Assembly: GCF_030028105.1 (NCBI RefSeq)
Contig: NC_092375.1
Span: 68,051,130-68,115,129, forward strand
Direction of reading: 5' to 3'
Source of the DNA: Mobula birostris
Lineage: Eukaryota
Length of the DNA stretch: 64,000 bases
Shown here: positions 1 to 12,000 of the stretch, one piece after another
Numbering within the stretch: the stretch's first letter is position 1
Layout of the letters: each line of letters begins with the position of its first letter
Position numbers and translations under genes: made by a program
The notes under the pieces: generated by a model
What the model was told of the DNA's origin: nothing
What the model saw: the letters and a program-made list of their open reading frames with translations, nothing else
The model's database searches: none

Positions 1-3000
1 GGAATTAACAAGCAGTGTGGACAAAGGAGAAGCAGTGGATGTCATTTACTTAGATTTTCAGAAGGCATTTGATAAGGTGCCTCACATAGAACATAGAACA
101 TAGAATAGTACAGCACAGTACAGGTCCTTCAGCCCACAATGTTGTGTTGTCCCTCAAACCCTGCCTCCCATATAAGCCCCCACCTTAAATTCCTCCATAT
201 ACCTGTCTAGTAGTCTCTTAAACTTCACTAATGTATCTGCCTCCACCACTGACTCAGGCAGTGCATTCCACGCACCAATCACCCTCTGAGTAAAAAACCT
301 TCCTCTATTATCCCCCTTGAACTTCCCACCCCTTACCTTAAAGCCATGTATTGAGTAGTGGTGCCCTGGGGAAGAGGCGCTGGCTATCAACTCTATCTAT
401 TCCTCTTATTATCTTGTACACCTCTATTATGTCTCCTCTCATCCTCCTTCTCTCCAAAGAGTAAAGCCCTAGCTCCCTTAATCTCTGATCATAATGCATA
501 CTTTCTAAACCAGGCAGCGTCCTGATAAATCTCCTCTGTACTCTTTCCAATGCTTCCACATCCTTCCTATAGTGAGGTGACCAGAACTGGACACAGTACT
601 CCAAGTGTGGCCTAACCAGAGTTTTATAGAGCTGCATCATTACATCGCGACTCTTAAACTCTATCCCTCGACTTATGAAAGCTAACACCCCATAAGCTTT
701 CTTAACTACCCTATCCACCTGTGAGGCAATTTTCAGGATCTGTGGACATGTACCCTGAGATCCCTCTGCTCCTCCACACTACCAAGTATCCTGCCATTTA
801 CTTTGTACACTGCCTTGGAGTTTGTCCTTCCAAAGTGTACCGCCTCACACTTCTCTGGGTTGAACTCCATCTGCCACTTCTCAGCCCACTCCTGCATCCT
901 ATCAATGTCTCTCTGCAATCTTTGACAATCCTCTACACTATCTACAACACCACCAACCTTTGTGTCATCTGCAAACTTGCCAACCCACCCTTCTACCCCC
1001 ACATCCAGGTCATTAATAAAAATCACGAAAAGTAGAGGTCCCAGAACAGATCCTTGTGGGACACTACTAGTCACAATCCTCCAATCTGAATGTACTTCCT
1101 CCACCACCACCCTCTGCCTTCTGCAGGCAAGCCAATTCTGAATCCACCTGGCCAAACTTCCCTGGATCCCATGCCTTCTAACTTTCTGAATAAGCCTACC
1201 ATGTGGAACCTGGTCAAATGCCTTACTAAAATCCATATAAATCACATCCACTGCACTACCCTCATCTATATGCCTGGTCACCTCCTCAAAGAATATGAGT
1301 TGGCTTAACATGATAAAATCCTATGGTGTTACATGAAATATACTGGCATGGAGAGAGGAATAGCTGACAGGCAGAAGGTAGTGATTGGGAATAAAGGGGG
1401 CCTTTTCTGGTTGGCTGTCAGTAACTAGTGGTGTTTCTCAGGGATCAGTATTGGGACTGCTACTTTTCACATTGTTTGTCAGTGATTTAGGTAGTGGAAC
1501 TGATGACTTTGTGGCAAAGTTTGCAGATGATACATAGTTAGGTGGAGGAGTAGGTAGTGTTGAAGCAATGCGTTTGCAGCAGGACTTAAACAAATTGGAA
1601 AAATGGGGAAAAAAGTGGCAGATGGAATACAGTGTCAGGAAATGTATGATAATGCATTTTGGTAAAAGGAACAATAGTGCAGACTGTTATCTAAATGGGG
1701 AGAAAATTCAAACATCAGAGGTGCAAGGGGTCTTAAGAGTCCTTGTGCAAGACTCCCAGAAGGTTAATTCACAGGTTGATTCTGTGGTAAAGAAGGCAAA
1801 TGCAATATTGGCATTGATTTCAAGGGGAATAGAATATAAAAACAAGGAGAAAATGCTGAAGCTTTATAAAACACTAGTCAAGCTGCACTTCAAGAATTGT
1901 CAACAGTTTTGGACCCCTTATCTCAGAAAGAATTTCTGTCATTGGAGAGAGTCCAGAGGAGGTTCACGAGGATGATTCTGGGAATGAAGGAAATTTTATG
2001 GTCGGCCGCCAGTGAGTAATGGTGTTCCTCAGGGGTCTGTATTTAGACTGCTTCATTTCACATTGTTTGTCAATGATTTGAATGGTGGAATTGATGACTT
2101 TGTGGCAAAGTTTGCAGACGATACGAAGATAGGTGGAGGGGTAGGTAGTGCTGAGGAAGCAATGTGATTGTAGCAGGACAGACAATTTGGAAGAATGGGA
2201 AAAAAGTGGCAGTTGGAATACAATGTTGGCAAATATAAAATAATGCATTTTGGTAAAAGGGACAATCGTGCAGACTATTACCTAAAAGGAGAGAAAATTC
2301 AAACATCAGAGGTGCAAAGGGACTTAGGAATCCTTGCGCAAGAGTCCCAGATAGCTAATTCGCAGGTTGAGTTTGTGGTAAAGGCAAATGCAATGTTGGC
2401 ACTACTTCAAGGGGAATAAGATATAAGAACAAGGAGATAAAGCTGAGGCTTTATAAGACACTAGTCCGGCCGCACTTGGAGACTTGGAATATTGTCAAAA
2501 GTTTTGTGCCTCTTATCTCAGAAAGGTTGTATTGTCATTGGACAGAGTCCAAAGGAGGTTCACGAGGATAATTCCAGGAATGAAGGGGTTAACGTATGAG
2601 GAGTGTTTGGCAGCTCTGGGCCTGTACTCACTGGAATTCAGAAGAATGTGTGGGGATCTCATTGAAACCTACTGAATGTTAAAAGGACTAGATAAGGTGG
2701 ATGTGGAAAGGACGTTTCCTCTGGTGGGGGTATCTAGAACTAGAGAGCACAGGCTCAAAATTGTGGGGTGACCTTTTAGAACAGAAGTAAAGAGGAATTT
2801 TTTTAGCCAAAGAATGGTGAAGCTGTGGAATGCTTTGGTCTATGGATATATTCAAGGAAGAAGTTGATAGATTCCTGATTGGTCAGGGCATCAAGGGTTA
2901 TGGTGAGAGGGCAGGTGTATGGATCTGGGATCAGCCATGATGAAATGCTGGAGTGGGCTCAATGGGCTGAATAACCTAATTCTGCTCCCATGTCTTATTG

Positions 3001-3008
3001 TCTTATAG
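1..3008 (+). mobile_element. Old degenerate CR1 LINE RT/3' fragments (1-85, 1294-1990, plus a second copy of the same RT region at about 1998-3008)
   Basis: LDFQKAFDKVPH at about 49-85 resumes at 1294; KFADDT, KWQMEY, ERVQRRFTR motifs; 3' tail tcttattgtcttat near 3000. Confidence 0.85.
86..1293 (-). mobile_element. Young 5'-truncated CR1 LINE inserted into older CR1
   Basis: ORFs 733..1311 and 338..718 carry RT motifs (DFSKAFD, PQGSVLGP, KFADD); (tctatgt)n tail at about 86-106; nearly identical to 38795-39990. Confidence 0.93.
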
Positions 3009-3009
3009 T

Positions 3010-4270
3010 CATATGGAAATGCTTTGAGCACCTGGAAATGGATCGTATAAAACCTACATTCCAGCTACATTGGACCCTTTTCAATTCACCTACTGCCCAC
3101 ACCAGTTCTCTAATGATATCACAGACTCGGCCCTCCACTCCATCCTGTCCTACCTAGAAAATGAAGCTTCATCTTCCAGGATGTTGTTCATTAACTTCAG
3201 CCCAGAGTTTAATATGATCATCCCTCAGAGGCTGGTGGGTAAATGTGTTCATTGGAACTCAACACCCCGCTCTTAACCGGATACAGCCAGCCTGAGTTTG
3301 CAGGAAAATCTCAAGCTCTATCCAGGGCTGCGTGCTCATCCCACTGCTGTTCACGCTGCTGACTTATGATTGAATTGCTAGAACCAGCTCAAAACACATC
3401 ATCAACTACGCCGATGATACAATGATTGGCCTAATCAGCAATAATGATGAGTAAGCATACAGAAAGGAGATAGAGAGGCTTTTCAAATAATGTGAGAACA
3501 ACAACCTGAGTCTCAATGTGTTCAAATCAGAAGAGCTGATTGTGGACTTCAGAAAGGCACAGGTTAATCACTCCCCATAGTTCCTTGGTGTTGTCAGAAT
3601 AGCTGATCCAACCCAGACACACAACACCTCCACACTTGTCAAGAAGACACAGCACACTCTGAAGAGCTTGAAGCATGCAAGGTTCCCTACCTCCATTCCA
3701 ACAACTTTCTACAGGAGCACCATCAAGAATGTCCTGTCTGGCTGCATCATCTGGTGGTCTAGAAGCTGTAAGGCGTCAGACCACAAGACCCTACAGATAC
3801 TAAAAACCACTGGGTGGATCACCAGGATTGCACTCCTCCCTACTACTGACAGTTGCTAGGAGCTTTGTATACAAAGGGCTTGAAGCATTTTCCAGAATCT
3901 CTACCACCAATGCCACAATCTCCTTGACCCAATGCCATCAGGAAGGAGGTACAGAAGCACCAAGACTAGGATTAATAGACTTGGGAACAGCTTCTTCCCT
4001 CAGGCTGTAACATAAATGAATACTCTGCCACCACTGAGGTCTCGCCATTAGGACAGCGAGCTGTTTACTGTTTACTGTACTGTTTGCTGTTTACCTGTGC
4101 TGTGGACTACATACACTTTGAATCATATTTTACGAACTTATTGGTGGTAATAGTTTGTTTGATGTGCTGTGTGATATATGTTTTGTGGGTGCACCATGGT
4201 CTGGGGAGAACCTTGTATCATTTGGTTGTACATATATGAACAATCAGATGACAATAAACTTGAACTTAAA
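3010..4270 (+). mobile_element. Rex1/Babar-type LINE, degenerate 3' portion
   Basis: LDPFQFTY, RMLFINFSxxFNxIIP, QGCVL, YADDT motifs; tail aataaacttgaactt. Confidence 0.75.
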
Positions 4271-5689
4271 TACTGCCATTGAAAATGAGAATATTTTGGT
4301 TAAGACATCAAGAAAGTGTGGACTTTTTTTTCGAAGGAGTCATGACTCTCTGGAATTTTCTACCTCAGAGGACTTGGTCATTGATTGCTTCCAAAACAGA
4401 GATCAATGTGTTTCTGGATATTACAGGGATTGATGAACATGAGGATAGAGCATGAAGATGACAGAGATATAAAAGAATTAGTCATGATCTTGTTGATGAA
4501 CAGAGGCGACTCAAGTTGTCATGACCAAATACCTTCATTTTGCTCCAATTTCTTATGTACATCTGTTTATGGTTATGCAGTTTCCCTTCAACTCAGTGCA
4601 AGCTGGACAAAACTTGGGCTGCTAGTTCATTATCATGATTTAATTCACCAGCCAACATTAACCACAAGTTTATTCTCCATTTTCATAAGTGGCTGGCACC
4701 ATATTCTTCATATTTTATTAAACAGAGGTGGATACCATTCAGCCTATCAAGTCTATGCTGCCTATCAGACCAATCCCATTCCCTTCTTATTTCCTGGTAT
4801 CCTATTCTCTCTCAATTGCTAGTAATTGCTATGTACATTAGGAGTTAATTCTAGTAACTAATTAAACTACCAATCTTTCCAAGTAAACACAGATTAAAAC
4901 CAGAAAGCATTTAAAAGAGCAAGCACTTTTGGATGGTACAAGTAGTGGATGTCACTGCACAGGTCCCTTGGAGCTTCCCAAAAGCTAATCATGACAATTC
5001 ATGAGAATAGACATTTAGAATTACTGATGCAGCATGGGATGTCCTTTTAATATAGGGTCCAGGAAATCAGCAAAGCAAATGCTAAATCAGTTATGGAAGG
5101 AGCAAGCTGATGAAGTCATCAGGAGGAGTTATGTCACAAAATATTAATGTATTGAAGAAAAAGGTTCCATTGCATCATACATCATAGCATCATTTTCTAA
5201 ATTAGTAAACAAGTATTTGAATTCTATTTCTCACCAACCACACCAACAGTTGCAATGTACTGTTCAAAGTCACACACCCCATTACTCATCGAAGTTCCAT
5301 CAGTCAGAATTCAGATCCTAAAATTCATATGACGTACACCAACCGTAATGCACTTAACACCAATCCAAGCCTCATATCTATAACTTTCACGCACAGTCAG
5401 CTCTTTGCACAGTAGGGGTATAGTATTGGCATTTCTATTGGTTTATTATTGCCACATGTATCAAGATAGTTGGAGATGGTTGTCTTGCAAATGGTTTATA
5501 CAGATCAAATAATTACACAGTGCGTTAAGCCAGAATAAGGAAAAATAATAACAATGCAGAATAAAATGTAAAAGCTACCAAAAAGGTGCGGTGTAGGTAG
5601 GTAAACAATAAAGTGCAAGATCATAATGAGGTAAATTGTGAGGCCAAGAGTCCATCTTGCAGTTTCTTGTGGTCATGTGCAGAACAATT

Positions 5690-6630
5690 ATCATATCAAG
5701 CCACATCAACTCCTGCTTTCCAGACAACCTCGACCCATGCAATTTGCCTAGCACAGAAGTAGGTCTTCAGTAGAAGTATCTTCCTGTCCCTCCCCTCATC
5801 TATGAGACATCTGGTCAGTAAAAACATTTAGGTCAGACTATTGTTTATTGACTACAGTTCTGGCTTTGATACTATTATTCCAAGCAAACTCACTGGCAAT
5901 CTTTAGACCCTAGAAGTCAATGCCTTCCTCCACAAATAGATCCTTGATTTCCTGACCAACAGACCATAATAAATAAGGACAGGCAGCAATACCTCTGCCA
6001 CAATTATGCTAAACACTGGTGATACACAAAGTTGCACCCTCAGACCCCTACTATACTCCCTGTATACTCATTGCTATGTGGCCAGATTCTGCTCTAACTC
6101 TATCTGCATCATATATATATATAGAAGACTGCATCACAAATAATAATCAGTCAGAGTACAGCAAGGAGACAGAGTGCTCAGTGACATGGTGTCATGACAA
6201 AATCCTTTCCCTCATTGACAGCAAAAGAGCTGATCAATGACTTCAGAAAGGTGGGGAGAGGGAGTTGCAGTGCACATGCTCCTGTCGACATCAGTGTTCT
6301 TGAGATTGAGAGGGTCGAGAGTTTCAAGTTCCTTGGAGTAAAATCACCAGTAGCCTGTCCTGATCCAATTGCATTGATATCACAGCCAAGAAAGCTCACC
6401 AATACCTCTACTTCCTCAGAAGGCTAAAGAAAATTGGCTTTCCTCCATTGACCATTATCAATTTTTATCAATGCTCATAAGTAAAGCAACTGCTCTGCAC
6501 GTGAGTGCAAGGAATTGCAGAGAGTTGTGGCAACAGCTCAGCACATCACAGTAACAAGCCTTCCCTCTATGGATTCTGTCTATACTTCTCACTGCCTCAG
6601 TAAAGCAGCCAACATAATAAAAAAGCTCAC
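5690..6630 (+). mobile_element. Rex1/Babar-type LINE fragment
   Basis: LDPxQFA-like, RLLFIDYSSxFxTIIP, KELIxDFRK, IERVESFKFLGV motifs with many stops. Confidence 0.7.
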
Positions 6631-6781
6631 CCACCCCTTCCTTTCAAGACTTGATGAAGGGTCTTAGCCCGAAACATCGATTCTTCATTCCTTTCCATAG
6701 ATGCTGCCTGACCTGCTAAGTTCCTCCAGCACTTTGTATGTGTTACTTTGGATTTCCAGCATCAGTAGAATCTTTTGTGTT
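6630..6781 (+). mobile_element. Penelope-like element 3' terminal fragment with degenerate hammerhead core
   Basis: ttgatgaagggtcttagcccgaaacatc (6651-6678) followed by gatgctgcctgacctgctaagttcctccagc, the same tail as the PLEs at 47578 and 58185. Confidence 0.75.
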
Positions 6782-6899
6782 AAAGATTAGCTTTAAATTG
6801 TAACATGTCCATCAAAATATTGGAACGTATAGTGAAATGCATCATTTGGGAAACCTGAAATTGTGACCATGCTTCCAACATTAATATGACATGCCTACA

Positions 6900-9800
6900 G
6901 ACCCTCCTGGGCCATGTGCCAGTGAGGGTCAAAATAGGATGATCTGGCAGATGAATGATTGGCTGAAGAACTGGTGAGGGGGCAGGATTTCAGATTTCTG
7001 AATCATTGGGATATCCTCTGGGGAAGGTATGACCTGTACAAAAAAGAAGGGTTACCCCTGGACCCAAGGGGGACCAAAATCCTTGCAGGAGGTTTGCTAG
7101 AGTTGTTGGGGAGGGTTTAAACTAATTTGGCAATTTGGGAACCGGAGTGATAGGGCTGAGCGTGGAGCAGTTGGTATACAAGTAGATGCAGTGTGTAGTG
7201 AGACTGTGAAGAAGGCAGGCAGCTGAGGCAAATTTGGGCAAATACAGTCAATAAGGTAAGCTGAAGTGTAACATGGGAGCAAATTCAAAAAAAAAGTAAT
7301 GAATTTAGAACTAACAGTGTTATAGTATACAGATTAAGGTAGATGATCATGTAGTGCAGTTAGAGATTGGCAGGTATGACGTTGTGGGCATCACTAAGTC
7401 GTGGCTGAAAGAAGATCAGAGTTGGAAGCTTGATATCCTAGAATACACATTGTATCAAAAGGATAGGAAGGTAAGCAGAGAGGGTGGGAAGGCTCTATTA
7501 GTAAAAAGTAAAACAAATCCTTTGAAGGAGGTGACATAGGATTGGAAAATGTAGAATCATGAGGGTTAAGTTCAGAAACTGCAAGGCTAAAAAGATCCTT
7601 ACTATATATACAGGTCTCCGAACAGTAGCCAGGAAGTGAGGTACAAAATACAATGGGAGCTAGAAGAGGCATGTTAAAAGAGCAATGCTACAACAGCAAT
7701 GGAAGATTTCAATATGTAGGTAGATTAGGAATAACCGGTTGGTGCTGGATCCCAAGAGATGGAATTTGGAGAATGCATATGAGATGGTTTTTTAGAGCAG
7801 CTTGCAATTAAGGTCACTATGGGAAAGCAATTCTGGACTGGGTGTTATGTAATGAAACAGATTTGACTGGGGAGCTTAAGGTAAAGGAACCCTTAGGAGC
7901 AAGTGATCATAATATGATAGAATTCACCCTGCAATTTTAAAGGAAGAAGCTAAAATCAGATGTATCAGTATTACAGTGAAGTAAAGGGAGTTACAGAAAC
8001 ATGACAGAGGAGCTGGCCAAAGTTGATTGGAAGAGAACACTAGCAGAACAGAAATGGCTAGAGTTTCTGGGAGTATTTCAGAAGGTACGGGTTAGATACT
8101 TCCCAAAGATGAAGAAGTATTACAAAGGGAGGATGACCCAACCGTGGCTGACAAGGGAAATCAAAAACAGTTTAAAAAAAATACAAAGTGTATATAATAT
8201 AGTAAAAATTAGTGGGCAGTTAGAGATTTGGGAAGCCTTTAAAAACCAATGGAAGACAACTAAAAAAGCCATAAGGAGAGAAAAGATGAAATATGAAGGT
8301 AAGCTAACTAATAATATAAAACCTAAGGTTATTCAGATATATAAACAATAGAGGTGAGAGTGAATATCAGACTGCTGGAAAATGACACTGAAGAGACAGT
8401 AATGGGGGATCAAAAAAATGTCGGAAGAACTTAATAGGTACTTAGCATCAGTATTCACTGTGAAAGACACTAGCAGAATGCCAGAAATTCAAGAGTGCCA
8501 TGGAGGAAAAGTGAGTGTACTTGCTATTACTAAGGAGAAGATGCTTGAGAAGTTAAAGGCTCTGAAGGTAAACAAGTCACCTGGACCAGATGGACTACAA
8601 CCCAGGGTTCCGAAAGAAGCAGCTGAAGGGATTGTAGAGGCATTAGTAATGATCGTTCAAAAATCACTAGATTCTAGAATGGTTCCAGTGGACTGTAAAA
8701 TTGCAAATGTCACTCCTCTCTTTAAGCAGGGAAGGAGCCAGAAGAAAGGACATTATAGGCCAATTAACCTGACTTCAGTGATTGGGAAGATGTTGGAGTC
8801 TGTTATTAAGGATGAGGTTTTAGTATACTTGGAGGCTCATGATAAAATAGGCCCCAGTCAGCATGGTTTCCTTAAGAGGAAATTTTGCCTGACAAATCTG
8901 TAGAAATTCTTTGAGGAAAAAATAGGCAGGATAGACAAAACAGAGTCAGTGGATGTTTTATACTTGGATTTTCAGCGGGCCTTTAACAAGGTGCCACACA
9001 TGAGCCCGGTTAAAAAGATTACAGCCCATGGTATTACAGAGAAGATACCACTAGTGTGAATAGAAGGGTGGCTGATTGGCAGGAGGAAAAGAGTGGGAAT
9101 AAAAGGTTTCTGGCTGGGTGCCTCTTGGTGCTCCACAGGGGTCAGTGTAGGGACTGCTTCTTTTCAGATTATATGTCAATGATTTTTAAAATGGATTTGA
9201 CGGCTTTGTGGCCAAGTTTTCAGAAGATATGAAGATAGGTGAAGGGTCAGGTATTGTTGAGGAAACAGGAAGGCCAGAAGGGCTTAGATATACTGGGAAA
9301 ATGAGCAAAGAAGTGGCAGATGGAATATAGTGTAGGGAAGTCAATGGTCATGAACTTCGGTAAAACAAGTAAAGGTATAGACTATTTTCTAAACGGAAAG
9401 AAAATTCAAAAATCAGAGGTGCAAAGGGACTTTGGAATCCTCATGTAGGACTTCCTAAAAGTTAACTTGCAGGTTGAGTCAGTGTTAAGGAAGGAAAATA
9501 CAATGTTACCATTCATTTCAAGAGGACTAGAATATAAAAGCAAGGGTCTAATGCCAAGGTTTTATAAGGCATTGGTCAATCTGCACTTGGAATATTCTGT
9601 GCAGTTTTGGGCCCTTTGTCTAAGAAAATTTGTGCTAACATTGGAGAGGGTCCAAAGGAGGTTCACGAGAATGATTCCATGAATGAAAGGGTTAGCATAC
9701 GAAGAGTGTTTGATGGCTCTGGGCTTGTACTCGCTGGAGTTTAGACAAATGAGCAAGGACCTTATTGAAACCAATCGAATATTGAAAAGGCTCAATAAAG

Positions 9801-10970
9801 TGGGATGTGAAGAGGATGTTTCCTATAGTGGGGGAGCCTATGACCAGAGGGCACCACCTCAGAATAGAGAGATGTCCATTAGAACAGAGATGAGGAGGAA
9901 TTTATCTAGCCAGAGTGTAGTGAATCTGTGGAATTCATTGCCACAGACAGCTATAGAGTACAAGTTATTGGGAGTGAGTTGGTGGACAGTGATGACTTTC
10001 AGCTAATCTGTGAAAACAGCTTACTTCTACCCTTAATGTTTCTTTTTCTCCCCTTCAGGGTGGATGGGGTTCTGTCATAGACCCTGATCTAGAGCTGCAC
10101 TCAAACCTTGGTTCTTTGAGGTGTTAGTTCCTGCTCTCAGGGCTCACCAACCAGCCGTTTTTCAATAACCCAAAGATATGGCCTAGAAGAAAGGCACACG
10201 TTCCAAGGCTTTGCAACCTCGGGGATGAGCTGATTCTATGCTAATGCCACTAAATGAAGCGTTGCAGGAGAAAATGGAATATCGGAAAGAGCAGATCAGC
10301 TGTCTGGGACTCTATACTTGGATCGCACTCTTCCTCTCTTTCTCTCATTCATGGGGGAGAGTTTGTTGTCAATTCTGGAGTTGGAGAACACAGAAAAATG
10401 TAATGTTGCAGACTTTAACACTGTAAACCAGCTTGTTTTGTTTATGTCTCCCCTCTCGCAGAGTGACACCTCTCTGCCCTTTATTAGGGAGAGAGAGAGT
10501 CTGTGGTATGTCAAATTGTCTGATAAAAGATTAGTTTTTGTTGTACTGCAGATCATGGTCTCTTTTGGTGTCTTTGCTATTACTTGCTTGGTGGGTGGAG
10601 GGTGCTGATGGTTTTTGCTGAAGTAAGTGGAGGAGGGGTGGGTCGCTGCTTTAATGCGGCCTGTGCATGGAAGGGGGAGTGGGGGGGGTACTTTGGGGTC
10701 CTAACATTTTTACTGCCACTCATTCTTTGGGGCACTCTTCTGTTTTGTTAATGTTTGTGAAGAACGAGAATTTCAAGCTGTATATTGTATATATTCTCTG
10801 ATATCAAATGGAACTATTGAACTATATTTAAAGCAGCAGTTGATAGTTCTTAATTAGTCAGGGTGTCAAAAGTTACGAGAACACAGGAGAATGGGATAAT
10901 AAATCAGCTATGATGTAATGGCGCACAGAATTGATGGGCTGAATGGTCTGATTCTCTTCTATAACTTATG
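6900..10970 (+). mobile_element. Degenerate CR1 LINE (end of ORF1, APE, RT, 3' tail), interrupted at about 9972-10823
   Basis: ORF1 end EGLN* at 7111-7125; YDVVGIT, KSPGPDG, YRPINLTSV and ERVQRRFTR motifs; CR1 3' sequence resumes at tatttaaagcag (about 10824). Confidence 0.85.
9972..10823 (+). mobile_element. Unclassified non-coding insertion with short-repeat tail (likely non-autonomous retroelement)
   Basis: Splits the CR1 3' sequence (aagttattggg | tatttaaagcag); ends in gaactattgaactat; no RT motifs. Confidence 0.55.
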
Positions 10971-11067
10971 GAGACAGGTTATCAGTCTCTTATTGGACAG
11001 CAATACTATAGATACCTTTTTTGAAGCAAGATGATGTGTTAAATCCTATTTCTATATACCATTCACT

Positions 11068-12000
11068 GGCAGGGTGGCACAGAAGCTTGCAGAGTTACTG
11101 CCTTGCAGCACCAGTGACCTTGCTTTAAACCTGGTCATGGGTGCTGTCGATGTGGAGTTTGTATGGTCTCCCTATGATCACACAGATTTCCTCCATGTGC
11201 TCCAGTTGCTTCCACATTGCAAAGACCTGCAGACGTGGTAAGTTAATTCAGTGGTTCCCAACCTCCAGGCCGCGGACTGATACTGGGCCGCAAAGCATGC
11301 AGGAGTGGAGTGGTAGCTGGAATGCACCCAGTACCTCTTTAAGAAAAAAGCCAAAATAAACAAGCTAATTAATTAGGTGCCACCCAGAAGCCAGTCTTCA
11401 TTAGAGGAACTGAAGTGGAGGGGGTCAATAACTTTAAATTCTTCGGCATTAAGGATCAACGTTTCTCTCTCTGAAAAGTGTCAGAGGATCTGTCCTGGGA
11501 CCAGCACGTAACTGTCATTACAAAGAAAGCACGGCAGGGCCTGTATTTTATTAGAAGTTTGTACAGATTCAACATGTCACCTCGATCCTGACAGCCCTGT
11601 CTTTTCAGCCTGTCTGGGCTGGTGTTTAAATTGACCAAACAATGGAACAGCTAAAGGCTCCAGCGCTCTGGAAAGAGGAGTGAACATTGCGTAGAGCAAG
11701 TGAAATCGGCAATCACCCCTGATCTGGGCCAATATTTACGTGCTGGGTGGCACCTAATTAATCAGCTTGTTTATTTCGGCTTTTTCCTTAAAGATGTGCT
11801 GACTGCGCTCCAGCTACCGCTGCACCCCTGCATGCTTCGCGGCCCAGAGGGTGGGGACCACTGAGTTAATTGACCATTGTAAATTGCCTCCTGTGTGTAG
11901 CTGAGTGATAGAATATGGGGGTCAATTTATGAGAATGTGCAAAATTGTAATTGATATAAGATTAATGGAAAAGAGTGATTGGCGGTTGGCACAGGTTCAG
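11068..12000 (+). mobile_element. V-SINE/HE1-like SINE, split by a hAT MITE
   Basis: V-domain-like tgtggagtttgta...tttcctccatgtgctccagtt...ccaca..caaagac; resumes after the TSD as gaccattgtaaattgcc. Confidence 0.65.
11249..11863. mobile_element. hAT-superfamily MITE with long internal inverted repeat
   Basis: Termini CAGTGGTTCCCAACC...GGGTGGGGACCACTG; exact 8-bp TSD AGTTAATT (11241-11248 and 11864-11871). Confidence 0.88.
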
